From: Euryarchaeota archaeon UBA486
GTDB lineage: Archaea; Thermoplasmatota; Poseidoniia; Poseidoniales; Poseidoniaceae
Reading direction: 5' to 3'
Assembly: GCA_002497765.1 (NCBI GenBank)
Contig: DAET01000046.1
Span: 88,988-152,987, forward strand
Length of the DNA stretch: 64,000 nt
Shown here: one piece after another, positions 38,493 to 48,872 of the stretch
How the letters are laid out: every line of letters begins with the position of its first letter
Numbering within the stretch: position 1 is the stretch's first letter
The notes under the pieces: model-generated
The model's input: the letters and a program-made list of their open reading frames with translations, nothing else
Databases searched by the model: none
What the model was told of the DNA's origin: nothing
Made by a program: the position numbers and the translations under genes

Positions 38493-39605
38493 TTGGCTGA
38501 ACCCCTCGTGTCCATCACCGTTTGCGTACGCGACGGCGCTCATTGGATTGCGGGTTGCCTTGACGCGCTCATCGCTCAAACCTACCCTTCGTTCGAAATC
38601 CTGGTGGTCAATGACGGCTCGACGGACGATGCTGCGTCGGTGCTGGAACCTTACCATGATCCTGAGGGGGTGAACGGTGTTCCACTCCGCGTTCATCATC
38701 AAGCACCGCTTGGATTGTCTGCCGGCCGCCAATGGGCAGTCGAGCACGCGAAAGGTGATTGGGTGGCCATCACCGACATTGATGTACGCCCTGAACCGGA
38801 CTGGATCACCAATCTTGTGGCCCACATTCATCCTGTTGATGAGCGGGAGCAGGTGGTCGCCGTGACCGGTCGCACCGTTTTTGAACAGGCCAACGACCTC
38901 GTCAGTCGTCTTCGTTCGGTTGAAATCGCCGCCAAATATCGCGCTCGGCCCCGAAGAACGAGTTTAGCGAACGGCCCCTGTTCCATGTTCCAAAAAGAAG
39001 CCCTCTTGGCGGTGGGTGGATTTGATCCGTCGTGGTACCACGCCGAAGACATGGAGGTGAGCCTTCGCCTCCTTCAGGCAGGAGGCACCATCGTCTACGC
39101 CCGGGATGCGCTGGTGAAGCACGTGCCCGAAACCGGTGCCGCTCATTTCCTGGCAAAACGTCGCCGAGACGCTCGTGCGCACGTTCGGATTGTTCGCCAC
39201 CATCCAAAACGGCAACGCAGCGGACCAGGCTTTGATTTCCTGGGCAGTTCCACCATGGTGCTGTGCTTGCTTCCCCTCTGGCTTGCCATCCTTGGATCGG
39301 GCGCACCGTTCATCTTCGGATTGATGTCAGGAGAATTCGGGTTTGACCAAACCGCCGTTGACCATTGGGAAACCCGAGTGTTGCTCGCGGCCTTCCTCAT
39401 GCTCCTCATTCACGAATTGCTCCTCTGGCGGGGACGGTTGGGTGTGGTGAATCGAGAAGTGATGCGGTCGGCGCCCACCAACAAAATCGTCGCCATGCTC
39501 GGTGTTCGCCGTCTCACGTTCCGCTGGAGCCTTGCACTGTGGCACGGCTTGTTGCTCGGATTGTTCGATGCCCTTCTCGGGCGAAACGGCCATCGTCGGT
39601 CGTGA
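38493..39605 (+). CDS. GT2 glycosyltransferase with C-terminal TMs
   Basis: VNDGSTD, TDID, GGFD, AED. Confidence 0.88.
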   Translation: MAEPLVSITVCVRDGAHWIAGCLDALIAQTYPSFEILVVNDGSTDDAASVLEPYHDPEGVNGVPLRVHHQAPLGLSAGRQWAVEHAKGDWVAITDIDVRPEPDWITNLVAHIHPVDEREQVVAVTGRTVFEQANDLVSRLRSVEIAAKYRARPRRTSLANGPCSMFQKEALLAVGGFDPSWYHAEDMEVSLRLLQAGGTIVYARDALVKHVPETGAAHFLAKRRRDARAHVRIVRHHPKRQRSGPGFDFLGSSTMVLCLLPLWLAILGSGAPFIFGLMSGEFGFDQTAVDHWETRVLLAAFLMLLIHELLLWRGRLGVVNREVMRSAPTNKIVAMLGVRRLTFRWSLALWHGLLLGLFDALLGRNGHRRS

Positions 39606-39607
39606 AC

Positions 39608-40156
39608 TCAATCGATGTTCTCGTCGCCAGGTGGGGCACGGCTGGCGTGGTTCAAGGCCACACCTGCCGCCATGAGGGCGATGGTGACCGAATACACGCC
39701 AACATCAATCCAACCCTTGTGGGCGATTCCGAAGTAAAGGTAGAACGCAAGACCGAGCAGGAGGCACCATGCAGCCATGGTTCGCTGGCCGCCGGCCACC
39801 GAGGTGTCGTTGAGGGCCGTCCAGGTATCGTTGATAACGAGGCCGCGGAACCAGTCTGCAACGGGTTGTTGCTGGTTGATGGTCTTGGAACCGAAGGCGA
39901 TGAGCGCTGCGCATCCGGCCATGAAGATGGTGTCACCAAGGACTTCGAAATGGAAGCCATCTTTTGCTTCGCCAAAGGCTGCGTTGGTGGCTTCAAAGGT
40001 GAGCAGGCCACCCCAGGAGACGTGGTAGGTCGGGTGAATCATGCCGAACATGTTCAGAGCGGCCAGGACCAATCCCCATAGGCCGACGCAGACCATGACG
40101 GACGCATAAACGGGCACCTTTCCGCTGGTGGATTGGGCGGTTGCATCGTCGCTCAT
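39608..40156 (-). CDS. Hypothetical 4-TM membrane protein
   Basis: Hydrophobic segments; ATG at 40156 with minus-strand TTAAAT upstream. Confidence 0.7.
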   Translation of the reverse strand: MSDDATAQSTSGKVPVYASVMVCVGLWGLVLAALNMFGMIHPTYHVSWGGLLTFEATNAAFGEAKDGFHFEVLGDTIFMAGCAALIAFGSKTINQQQPVADWFRGLVINDTWTALNDTSVAGGQRTMAAWCLLLGLAFYLYFGIAHKGWIDVGVYSVTIALMAAGVALNHASRAPPGDENID

Positions 40157-40224
40157 GGGCCCTGCGACTTGCGAACTGCATTTAAGCACACCGAAACGGG
40201 TGAACTCCGAACGAAACCACGTCC

Positions 40225-41466
40225 TCACAACGAGGTTTGGTGGTGGTAGTTGGAATTGAACACCGTGCGCATCTCTTCTTCGGCGGTGCCCATGATTTCA
40301 CGAACGTCCACGTTGGCGGGGATGCAGGAATTGATTTCCTTGGACCGGCCATAACGGCCCTTGCTCACGGTGCGCGCCGTGACCAAACCCAGCATGTCAA
40401 GGTTGGAAATCAATCCGGAAATTCGGCGTTGAGTGAGTGGGTTTTGCCTGATGTGCTTGCAGGCTTGGCGGTAGATGTCGTACACTTGGCCGGTTTGGAC
40501 GTTGCGCAATCCGTTCTGTTCGTTGAGGAGAATGGCGGCAAGAACCAGTTTTTGTTGGCTGGGGAGGGTGGCGATCACGGGCGTCATTTGGTCGGATTCA
40601 ATCTGACTCTGGGCAATGCGAACGTGGTTTTGGTTCACGATGGATTCGCCAGACTGTTCGGCCTTTTCAGCTGAAATCCTGAGTAAATCCAATGCGCACC
40701 GTGCGTCCCCATGTTCTTGCGCAGCCAGTGCCGCACACAACTCGATGACGCCGGGCCCAATGGCTTCGGCGTCCAACCCTTCTTGAGCGCGTTGGCGGAG
40801 AATGTCCTGGAGCTGTTCGGCGTCGTAGGGTCGGAACAGCACGTCCAACTGCCCGAGTCGAGATCGGACACGAGGGTCAAGGAAATCGGTGAATTTGAGG
40901 TCGTTGGAAATGCCAATGACGCACGAACGGGCGTGCTTGAGCGAGGCGTTCATGCTGGTCAGGTTGTACAGGAGGTCATCGCCGGCCTTGCGAACAAGGT
41001 GGTCAATTTCGTCGAGAACGATCACAAACACACCGCCACGTCGGTCCATTCTTCGCACAAGTTCGTTGAAGACACGGTCGGTGGGCCAACCTGTGAAAGG
41101 AATCTCATCTTGTTCAAAATCCTCAAGCAGTGAATTTCCGATGTGGCTGAGCACCCGGTATTGCGTGTCAATTTGCCGACAATTGACCATGATGGACTCC
41201 ACCTGGCGACCCATGGTCTGGCCTTTGGCTCGAAGGTGATGACAGACGTAATCCGTGACGGCCGTTTTCCCGGCTCCCGTCACCCCGTAGAGGGTCATGT
41301 TACTGGGGATGTGGCCCTTCAGGGCTTCCCACAGGTTGTAGGAAATTTTCTCAATCTCTTCCTGTCGATGAGGAAGTTGAGAGGGGCGGTAATTGTGGCG
41401 AAGATGTTCCTTGTTTTTGAAGAGGGTTTTCTGGGAAACAAACTTGTCAAAGATGTTGGTTTCCAT
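40225..41466 (-). CDS. cdc6: Orc1/Cdc6 replication initiator
   Basis: LPHR, G.TGAGKT, LDEID, GISND, PY.A.QL..IL, GDAR.ALDLL, C-terminal wHTH with S.GR.GR. Confidence 0.97.
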   Translation of the reverse strand: METNIFDKFVSQKTLFKNKEHLRHNYRPSQLPHRQEEIEKISYNLWEALKGHIPSNMTLYGVTGAGKTAVTDYVCHHLRAKGQTMGRQVESIMVNCRQIDTQYRVLSHIGNSLLEDFEQDEIPFTGWPTDRVFNELVRRMDRRGGVFVIVLDEIDHLVRKAGDDLLYNLTSMNASLKHARSCVIGISNDLKFTDFLDPRVRSRLGQLDVLFRPYDAEQLQDILRQRAQEGLDAEAIGPGVIELCAALAAQEHGDARCALDLLRISAEKAEQSGESIVNQNHVRIAQSQIESDQMTPVIATLPSQQKLVLAAILLNEQNGLRNVQTGQVYDIYRQACKHIRQNPLTQRRISGLISNLDMLGLVTARTVSKGRYGRSKEINSCIPANVDVREIMGTAEEEMRTVFNSNYHHQTSL

Positions 41467-41676
41467 TGAATTTCACCTCCCTATTTATACCAAGGACGAG
41501 GGAGTCAATTGCCGACTCACCGCCATGAGTTGGCTGAGTCCGAGTCCCCCTTATATGCCTGTCCACGGGGAGCGATGGAAGGCCTTGATTTGGTGAAGAG
41601 TGGACTCCTCAATGGTGGATATAAAGTTAGGGCAAAATGAGTGAAAATGAACATTTTCGGAGCCACGAATTTGAGG

Positions 41677-42465
41677 TCAGGAATTGACCACCCATCGTTC
41701 GCCGGACCACTCAATGCTCATCCGGTCGCTCAGGTGGATGACATGGTCGGCAAACTCGGGGAATTCCGATTCAAGGACGGTCGCAAACGATGAGGGTTCG
41801 TCGATGTAGGTGTGGGTGATGCCCAACGGCGTCTTGCAGCGCTCCGAGAGGGCGCGAACATCCATTGGTTTGTGATGATGGGTCGAGGGAACCCAATCGG
41901 GAAAACCCATCTCCAGGATGGCGAAGTTCGAGCGTTCAATCGCGTCGTAGAGCGTGTCGCACGGCCCCGAGTCGCCGCTGTGGACGAACGATGCTCCGCT
42001 CGGGTGCTCGAAACGGTAGCCGTGAGGCTCAACGGCGTCGTCGTGATGCACCTCAAAGCGTTCCCACCGCCACCCGTCATCGAGCTCACCAACATCTTCC
42101 ATGACCCATGTGACATGCTCGATCATGCTGTCAAGTGAACCGGGAAAGGCCAACTGGCACAACTGCGTGAGCCGTTCCTTCACGAACGGGGTTCCCACCA
42201 CGGTCAGCGGTTCGACGCCGTCGCGGTCCGAGATGTACTTGCGCTCCAAGAGGAGAAACGGAAAGCCGAACACATGGTCTCCGTGCACGTGCGTGATGAA
42301 CACGGTTCGTAGGTCGGCGATGTTCATGCCGTGTCGTCGAAGCCCCGCCAGCGCCGTGGGAGGTGCGTCAATGATGTGCTGCTGGTCGAACATGGCGAAC
42401 GAGTGGTGCCGTCCGTGGGGAAGGAAGGCGTTTCCCGTGCCGAGCATGTCGATGCGGGGGGCCAT
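41677..42465 (-). CDS. MBL-fold hydrolase, RNase Z-like
   Basis: LGTG, THVHGDH, V.H, SGDS. Confidence 0.82.
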   Translation of the reverse strand: MAPRIDMLGTGNAFLPHGRHHSFAMFDQQHIIDAPPTALAGLRRHGMNIADLRTVFITHVHGDHVFGFPFLLLERKYISDRDGVEPLTVVGTPFVKERLTQLCQLAFPGSLDSMIEHVTWVMEDVGELDDGWRWERFEVHHDDAVEPHGYRFEHPSGASFVHSGDSGPCDTLYDAIERSNFAILEMGFPDWVPSTHHHKPMDVRALSERCKTPLGITHTYIDEPSSFATVLESEFPEFADHVIHLSDRMSIEWSGERWVVNS

Positions 42466-42596
42466 GACGCTGGGAGTCCCTGCGCCTTCTTGTTCCCATC
42501 GGTTGGTGAGGTTTGGTGCAGGGATGCGAGGGCATACCAAGGATGATATAGCCACCTTTGGTGCCAAAATCAACCCCCGTGGTATGAGGTGACGCA

Positions 42597-43847
42597 ATGA
42601 GTGACTGGTCCGCAAAAAACCCCTACATGACACAGATTACGGAGAACTTCATCCTCAACGGCGAAGGCTCGAGGAAGGAGACACGCCACATCGTGTTCGC
42701 GCTCGGTGATTCGGGCCTTGACTACAAGGTTGGCGACGCCCTCGGCGTGATCGCTGAAAACCCCCCTCACATCGTGGATGAACTGCTCGAGGTGCAGGGC
42801 TGGGACCGAGAGGCGACGGTGACCACGCACAACGGTGAGCGCACCCTTTACGACGCGCTGAAGAAAGATTTCGAGGTCCACATGGCCAACAAGAAATTCG
42901 TGCAGTCGCTCGCAGAAAAAGTGGTGTCCAGCGGAATGAAGATCAGCATGAGCATCGTGTCTCGCACTCGCAACGATGCGACCTGGTCCGCCACCGACGA
43001 CCAGCAAACCCCTCCTGCGCTCCGCCCCTCCGTGCCATCAGACGACCCTGCTGCCCAGGTCGAGGCCATCACCGCCGACACCAAGGCCATTGAGGACTAC
43101 CTGTGGACCCGAGATTACGTTGACATCATGCGTGAGTTCGACGTGAAGTATTCGCCCGAGGAATTCCTCGAACTGGCCGACCGCCTCAAGCCCCGTCTCT
43201 ATTCCATCGCTTCGTCCCACGACGCCCATCCCGGCTTCGTTGAGCTGACCGTCGGCATCGTCCGTTTCGAATACAACGGTCGAGCCCGTGGTGGCCTGTG
43301 CACCCAATTCATGGCCGATGAAATCGACACGTCCGGTGCGCCCATCGGCGTGTTCATGTCGCCCACCAAGTCCTTCATTCTCCCCGAGGACAAGGACACG
43401 GACATCATCATGGTCGGGCCGGGCACGGGCATCGCACCGTTCCGTGCCTTCATGGAACAGCGCGTCTTTGACGGCGGCTCGGGCAAGAACTGGTTGTTCT
43501 TTGGCGACCAGTCCGCCAAAACGGAATTCTACTACAAGGACGAAATTGAGTCGTGGATTGACGAGGGTCACCTTTGGCGCTTCACCACGGCGTGGTCCCG
43601 CGACCAGGCGGAGAAGATCTACGTTCAGCACCGCCTCAAGGAGCACGGCGCTGAAGTGTGGGAGTGGTTCGAGCGAGGCGCCTACTTCTACATCTGCGGC
43701 GACAAGCAGTACATGGCCAAGGACGTCCACCGAGCCCTCATTGAAATCGCCATTGAGCACGGTGGTATGTCCGAGGACGACGCCACGCACTTCATCGAGA
43801 AAACGATGATGCGCGAGCAAAAGCGCTACCTGCGTGACGTCTACTGA
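42597..43847 (+). CDS. CysJ-like FAD/NADPH reductase without a flavodoxin domain
   Basis: PRLYSIASS, GLCT, MVGPGTGIAPFR, SRDQ.EKIYVQ, YICGD, RDVY; sequence begins at the FAD domain. Confidence 0.9.
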   Translation: MSDWSAKNPYMTQITENFILNGEGSRKETRHIVFALGDSGLDYKVGDALGVIAENPPHIVDELLEVQGWDREATVTTHNGERTLYDALKKDFEVHMANKKFVQSLAEKVVSSGMKISMSIVSRTRNDATWSATDDQQTPPALRPSVPSDDPAAQVEAITADTKAIEDYLWTRDYVDIMREFDVKYSPEEFLELADRLKPRLYSIASSHDAHPGFVELTVGIVRFEYNGRARGGLCTQFMADEIDTSGAPIGVFMSPTKSFILPEDKDTDIIMVGPGTGIAPFRAFMEQRVFDGGSGKNWLFFGDQSAKTEFYYKDEIESWIDEGHLWRFTTAWSRDQAEKIYVQHRLKEHGAEVWEWFERGAYFYICGDKQYMAKDVHRALIEIAIEHGGMSEDDATHFIEKTMMREQKRYLRDVY

Positions 43848-43930
43848 GCGGCGGCCTTCGTCTGTTGCGCACGTCGTTCTCGTGCACAGGTGCGCAAAGC
43901 CCTCAAAACACAACGGTCGATGTCACCTGC

Positions 43931-44938
43931 ATGGAGGAGGAGGGCATCGGCTTCAAGGCCCGATTGGTCTCAATGCTTCTGCGCCTCTTGACCTTGGGCC
44001 TCATCGCTGTCGCCCTGATGATTTCCACCGAAGGCATCGTGGTCGTGCTGCTGCTGTTTGTCCTCGTCGTACCGTTTGAGAAACTGTTCCCGCGTCATCG
44101 TGGCCAAAAGGTCAGACGACCTCACTTGGACACGGACGTGGGCTATGCGCTCGCCTCACCGTTGATGGGTCTGCTCACGGGGTTCGTGGCCATCGCCATC
44201 GGCCTGCTCAGCCTGGCTTGGATTCCGGGATTGCTGCTTGCGCCGTATGTCGCCAAGATTCCAGCAGCCTACATGCCAGTGGTTGGGTTCCTGCTGTTCG
44301 ACGCGTTGGTGTACTGGACGCATCGCTTCTACCACGAGATTCCCGTCTTGTGGAAATTTCACGCCATCCATCATTCTACGGAGCACCTTGACTGGGCCAG
44401 CGGATTCCGTGCTCATCCGCTCGACGGGACCATCCTGGCTCCTGCGTTCGTGTTTCTTGTCACCGCAGGCTTCTCCTTTGAGTTGACCGGGGCCCTTGCC
44501 GCTGCTCAACTTATTCTCGGATTGTTCCTCCACGCCAACGTGAGGTGGCGGCTCAAGTGGCTGCACCGCCTCATCATCACGCCTGAATTCCACCACTGGC
44601 ACCACACCAATGAACGGGATGCGATTTGGACGAACTACTCCACGTTCCTACCGCTTTGGGACCAGTTGTTCGGGACCTACTTCATGCCAAAGGACCGGCG
44701 TCCACAGTCCTACGGAGTGAATGAACCCATCCCTGACGGTATCCTGCGTCAGTTGCGTCATCCGTTCAAAGGGTGGAGAAACCCGTTGTGGTACCTCGTC
44801 CACCCCTTCAAGTCCCTGCGACGTTCGTTGTCGTTCACGAGGGCCATTCTTCGCTCCATGCGCAAGTCGATGTTTCGCAAGCGGGGCACGAAACCATGGG
44901 ACGTTTATCCGCCGGAGGAAGCTGCAAGGACGCAGTGA
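43931..44938 (+). CDS. Sterol desaturase / fatty-acid hydroxylase family diiron membrane enzyme
   Basis: His boxes HRFYH, HAIHH, HAN, HHWHH; WD.LFGT. Confidence 0.88.
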   Translation: MEEEGIGFKARLVSMLLRLLTLGLIAVALMISTEGIVVVLLLFVLVVPFEKLFPRHRGQKVRRPHLDTDVGYALASPLMGLLTGFVAIAIGLLSLAWIPGLLLAPYVAKIPAAYMPVVGFLLFDALVYWTHRFYHEIPVLWKFHAIHHSTEHLDWASGFRAHPLDGTILAPAFVFLVTAGFSFELTGALAAAQLILGLFLHANVRWRLKWLHRLIITPEFHHWHHTNERDAIWTNYSTFLPLWDQLFGTYFMPKDRRPQSYGVNEPIPDGILRQLRHPFKGWRNPLWYLVHPFKSLRRSLSFTRAILRSMRKSMFRKRGTKPWDVYPPEEAARTQ

Positions 44939-45026
44939 TCCATGCCGCTCCGGGCACACGGTCAAGGTGGACATTGCTCAGATTGCGACCGCTTTGCTCA
45001 TAGATTGAGTCGGCCGACAAGGTGTC

Positions 45027-46367
45027 ATGGGCTTCAAGCGCGTGCTGATTGCCAACCGCGGCGAAATCGCTCTCCGTATTCTTCGCACCCTCCGAGACAT
45101 GGGCATTGAGGCGGCCATCATTCACGGTCGCGAGGACCGTTTGTCCCTTCCCGTCCAAATGGCGGACATCGCCTACCCCAACTACCGAACCAACCCGCTT
45201 GATTCCTACTTGGACATCGAAGCCGTTGTGCAAGCCGCCAAGGAACTCGAATGCGACGCTGTTCACCCCGGCTACGGCTTTTTGGCCGAGAACGCCGCCT
45301 TCGTCGCTCGCCTCGAGGAAGAAGGCATCACCTTCATCGGCCCAGCCTCGGGCGTGATCACGCTGCTCGGCGACAAAATTGAGGCTCGCGCAGCGATGGA
45401 AGCCGCGGGGTTGCCCACGGCCAAAGGGTCCTCCGAACCCATCGCCAGCGCCGAGGTCGCCAGTGCGCTTGCGGATGAAATCGGCTACCCTGTCATCATC
45501 AAGGCAGCCGCCGGGGGCGGTGGCATCGGCATGCAGATCGTGCAGCAGGCCGACGAGTTTGAGAGTGCACTCAAGCTCTGTCAGTCGCGTGCGAAGTCGG
45601 CTTTTGGCGACGAGCGCGTCTTCGTTGAGAAGTACATTCAAGGCGCGCAGCACGTTGAATTCCAGGTGTTGGCGGACGGCAAGAAGGCCATCCATTTCGG
45701 CGAGCGCTTTTGTTCCATTCAACGTCGCCACCAGAAGTTGGTCGAAGAAGGGCCGTGGCTGACCGATGAGAAGCGAGCGGAAATCGGTGCTTTGGTCTGC
45801 AAGGGCGCTGAAGCCGTGGGCTACAAGGGCCTGGCCACCTTTGAGTTCCTGCGCGACGCCAACGGCGATTTCTATTTCCTCGAGGTTAACCCTCGTGTTC
45901 AGGTTGAGCACACGGTAACCGAACTCATCACCGGACATAATCTCGTGGAACTCGGTATCCGGGTGGCCCAGGGTGAAGCCTTGCCGATGGAGCAAGAGGA
46001 CATCACCTGGCGTGGACATGCCATTCAATGCCGATTGAACGCTGAGGACCCGCGTGAGTTTGTTCCAAGCCCCGGGCGCCTGTGGGAGTGCCATTTCCCC
46101 AGTGGATTTGGGATTCGCTGCGATACGCACGCCCATCCCGGCTACGAGATGCCAGGCTGTTTTGATTCCCTGCTGGCCAAGCTGTTGGTGTGGGGTAGGG
46201 ACCGTGAAGACGCCGTCCGTCGCATGAAAACTGCGCTGGATGAAACGATGATTACGGGCGTTGAACACCTGATTCCGCTGCACCGCCGTATCATGGACGA
46301 GGAAGATTTCAACAACGGCGACATCACGATTCAATACATTGACATGCATCAAGAGTTGCTGGGGTGA
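45027..46367 (+). CDS. accC: Biotin carboxylase subunit
   Basis: ANRGEIA, HPGYGFLAEN, GGGG.GM, QRRHQK, EVNPRVQVEH, NAEDP; partner carboxylase unknown. Confidence 0.9.
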   Translation: MGFKRVLIANRGEIALRILRTLRDMGIEAAIIHGREDRLSLPVQMADIAYPNYRTNPLDSYLDIEAVVQAAKELECDAVHPGYGFLAENAAFVARLEEEGITFIGPASGVITLLGDKIEARAAMEAAGLPTAKGSSEPIASAEVASALADEIGYPVIIKAAAGGGGIGMQIVQQADEFESALKLCQSRAKSAFGDERVFVEKYIQGAQHVEFQVLADGKKAIHFGERFCSIQRRHQKLVEEGPWLTDEKRAEIGALVCKGAEAVGYKGLATFEFLRDANGDFYFLEVNPRVQVEHTVTELITGHNLVELGIRVAQGEALPMEQEDITWRGHAIQCRLNAEDPREFVPSPGRLWECHFPSGFGIRCDTHAHPGYEMPGCFDSLLAKLLVWGRDREDAVRRMKTALDETMITGVEHLIPLHRRIMDEEDFNNGDITIQYIDMHQELLG

Positions 46368-46373
46368 GCGAAC

Positions 46374-47297
46374 ATGAGCGTCCTGATCGTTGGTAGCATC
46401 GCATACGATTCGGTGGAATCGCCCGCCGGTTCCGTCGACAAGGCGTTGGGAGGTTCGGCCACCTACGGCGGACTGTCTTGCCGTTTCGTTCAGTCCCTCC
46501 ACGGTTCAAGCACCACGGGTTTGGTCGGTGTCGTGGGCGAAGATTTCGCACCCGAAGACCGAGCGTTGCTCGCTTCGGCCGGGTTGAACCTCGAAGGGTT
46601 GGAGGTCGCACCCGGTGAGACCTTTCGTTGGGAGGGTGCCTACCACGGCTCGATGGCCGAGGCAGAAACCCGCGCCACCTACCTCAACGTGTTCGAACAT
46701 TTCCAGCCGGCCGTCCCCGACGGGCTTCAGGCACCGGCGGTCTTGTTCTGTGCCAACTTGCACCCGGAGATTCAGCGGAGCGTGATTGACCAAACCGAGG
46801 CCAAGCGATTGACCATGTTGGATTCGATGAACCTGTGGATCACCATCGCCAAGCCATCCCTGCTCGAAGTCATGGGTGCGGTTGACCTTGTCATCATCAA
46901 CGACGGCGAGGCCCGCATGCTGACGGGCGACGACAACCTCATTCGAGCCATGCATGCCTTGGCCGAGCAAACGAACACATCGACCTTGATCGTCAAGCGT
47001 GGTGAGCACGGTGTGGTCGCCCTCCACGACGGTGCGCTGCTGGCCTTGCCCGCTGTGCCTACGGCGTCCGTGGTTGATCCCACGGGATGCGGCGATACCT
47101 TCGCAGGTGCTTTGGCGGCCCACCTTTCTCAGCGAGAAGGCGTCGTCAGTCTTGACGAACTTCGTGAAGGGTTGATGGGGGCCACTGTGATGGCCAGCTT
47201 CACCCTCGAAGCGTTCGGTACAGGAGCGCTCACCTCCGTCAACGAGGGCGATTACCTGCAGCGGCTCGCCGAATACAAGGCCATGCTTGGGCACTGA
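46374..47297 (+). CDS. PfkB family carbohydrate/nucleoside kinase
   Basis: GS.AYD, LGGSA, DSMN.WI, DPTGCGDTF.G. Confidence 0.9.
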   Translation: MSVLIVGSIAYDSVESPAGSVDKALGGSATYGGLSCRFVQSLHGSSTTGLVGVVGEDFAPEDRALLASAGLNLEGLEVAPGETFRWEGAYHGSMAEAETRATYLNVFEHFQPAVPDGLQAPAVLFCANLHPEIQRSVIDQTEAKRLTMLDSMNLWITIAKPSLLEVMGAVDLVIINDGEARMLTGDDNLIRAMHALAEQTNTSTLIVKRGEHGVVALHDGALLALPAVPTASVVDPTGCGDTFAGALAAHLSQREGVVSLDELREGLMGATVMASFTLEAFGTGALTSVNEGDYLQRLAEYKAMLGH

Positions 47298-48782
47298 TCA
47301 ATCATCGTCCAAGCGAGGGAGTTGAACGCTTTCCTCCTCGACCGTGCTGGAACGAAGGTCGCTGAACGACATGGACGCCAAGCGACCTTCTTCGGACTGA
47401 CTGAGTTCGTTGGCGGTCGCGAGAAGTTGTGTCCCGATTTCACTGAGCCGTGCAGCTTCTTCAGGCGCCATCACGCCACCTTGATCGGATGAAAGGGAAT
47501 TCATGACATGTTGCGTGCGGTTGGCCGGTGTGGAGGCTTCGGTCTGCTCTCGAAGAGCACCCGACGTCTCCGTGGTCGCATACGGGCTTGGCCGGACGAT
47601 GTTTGAAGCGCGCTCAAGCACGCTGCTTGACGTGTCTCGGATACGAGAAAACACGGTTCCTCCTCGCCTTGCTTTGGGTCGCAAGGTTTCGGTTCGACGT
47701 GGGCGGAATGGCGAATCTTCGATGGTGGCGGGGGTTTTTGGCCTCAGCAGCGATGGTGTTTGTTCCACGGGAGACGCCACAGCTTGGGTCGCAGCCTGGA
47801 TGTCCTCCAGTTCTTCTTCCACGTCGTCCAAGAGGCCGTCCAGCATTTCTGCATCCAACACGAGGTCGTCCTCGGTCGTCTGAGGCTCCTCAGGTGGCTG
47901 CTGACCAGGGATGTGCGCACCGTCCTGGCTGAAGAACGACGGCAAGAAGGAACCGGGTCCATGTTGCTGAATGCCCTGATACATGGGCGGCGTGGGATGG
48001 GGGATGAGCACCGGGTTGTTCACGGGAGCAGGTCGGTGGTCAGGGGGGTAGGCTGTGGTTTGCACGGCACCGTGGACGGGCTGGAAACTGGAAATGTAGC
48101 CGACAACAGGCTGAGGAGGGACAGGCTCAGGTTCGAGCGTTGGCATCCATTCGGGCTCAATCTCCCGTTGTTGTTCGACGGGCTCGATGCCTTCGTCGGC
48201 GGCCAGGAAGCGTTCGAGGGCTTGCGGTGCCTGCAGAGGGTTGGGCAAAATTGGTGCGGGTGGGACCTGAGCCTCTCTCCACGAGGTTCCACCCTCCGCT
48301 TCAATGGCTTGGAGTTTGGCTCGAACTTCGGCCATTGAATTGTTGTTGGCGAGGTGATGGAACATGAAACTGAGACGGTTGAGGTCCCGTTCGTTTCCGA
48401 AGAGAACATGGGAGTCACCCGACGAGGTGTGAATGCTCAACGTTGGCTTTCGCGTCAAAAATCGGCCGACGATGAGGGCGCTTCCTGCACCGATGAACCC
48501 CAGCCTGTAAGTTGGCGGCACCACCAGTCGATAGCCGATCCATACCAAGGCGAGACCGAGCACCACCAACCACGGAGGCACGAGGTTTGAGGAGTGGTGA
48601 CGCATGGTGGTGATGGCCTGTAGTCGCATGTCCACGGTGGCGTTCCGCTTCCCTTCGATGCTCAGCATGCGCTCATCCAAGGTGATTTTCACCCGTTCTG
48701 AAGGCTCTGCCAACCGGAGGGACAGGAAGATTTCCTGTTCCATCTCGCTGGTTGGTACAGTCCCCTGCCCAATCTCGCGCAT
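47298..48782 (-). CDS. Hypothetical protein: PH-like N-terminus, 2 TMs, long Pro/acidic disordered tail
   Basis: Long ORF; TM hairpin near aa 70-110. Confidence 0.68.
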   Translation of the reverse strand: MREIGQGTVPTSEMEQEIFLSLRLAEPSERVKITLDERMLSIEGKRNATVDMRLQAITTMRHHSSNLVPPWLVVLGLALVWIGYRLVVPPTYRLGFIGAGSALIVGRFLTRKPTLSIHTSSGDSHVLFGNERDLNRLSFMFHHLANNNSMAEVRAKLQAIEAEGGTSWREAQVPPAPILPNPLQAPQALERFLAADEGIEPVEQQREIEPEWMPTLEPEPVPPQPVVGYISSFQPVHGAVQTTAYPPDHRPAPVNNPVLIPHPTPPMYQGIQQHGPGSFLPSFFSQDGAHIPGQQPPEEPQTTEDDLVLDAEMLDGLLDDVEEELEDIQAATQAVASPVEQTPSLLRPKTPATIEDSPFRPRRTETLRPKARRGGTVFSRIRDTSSSVLERASNIVRPSPYATTETSGALREQTEASTPANRTQHVMNSLSSDQGGVMAPEEAARLSEIGTQLLATANELSQSEEGRLASMSFSDLRSSTVEEESVQLPRLDDD

Positions 48783-48872
48783 CCCAAATCCGAGCCGGTT
48801 GTCTGAGGTTATCAAACCACCGATGATGGTCCGGCATGACCGCCGGAAAAAATGGCGAGGACCCGGTCGCCG

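Noticed and set aside
41458-41475. Mini-ORB over the cdc6 start (minus strand TTCAATGGAAAC)
   Set aside because: One base short of the ORB core, no G-string, and partly explained by the Met-Glu-Thr codons
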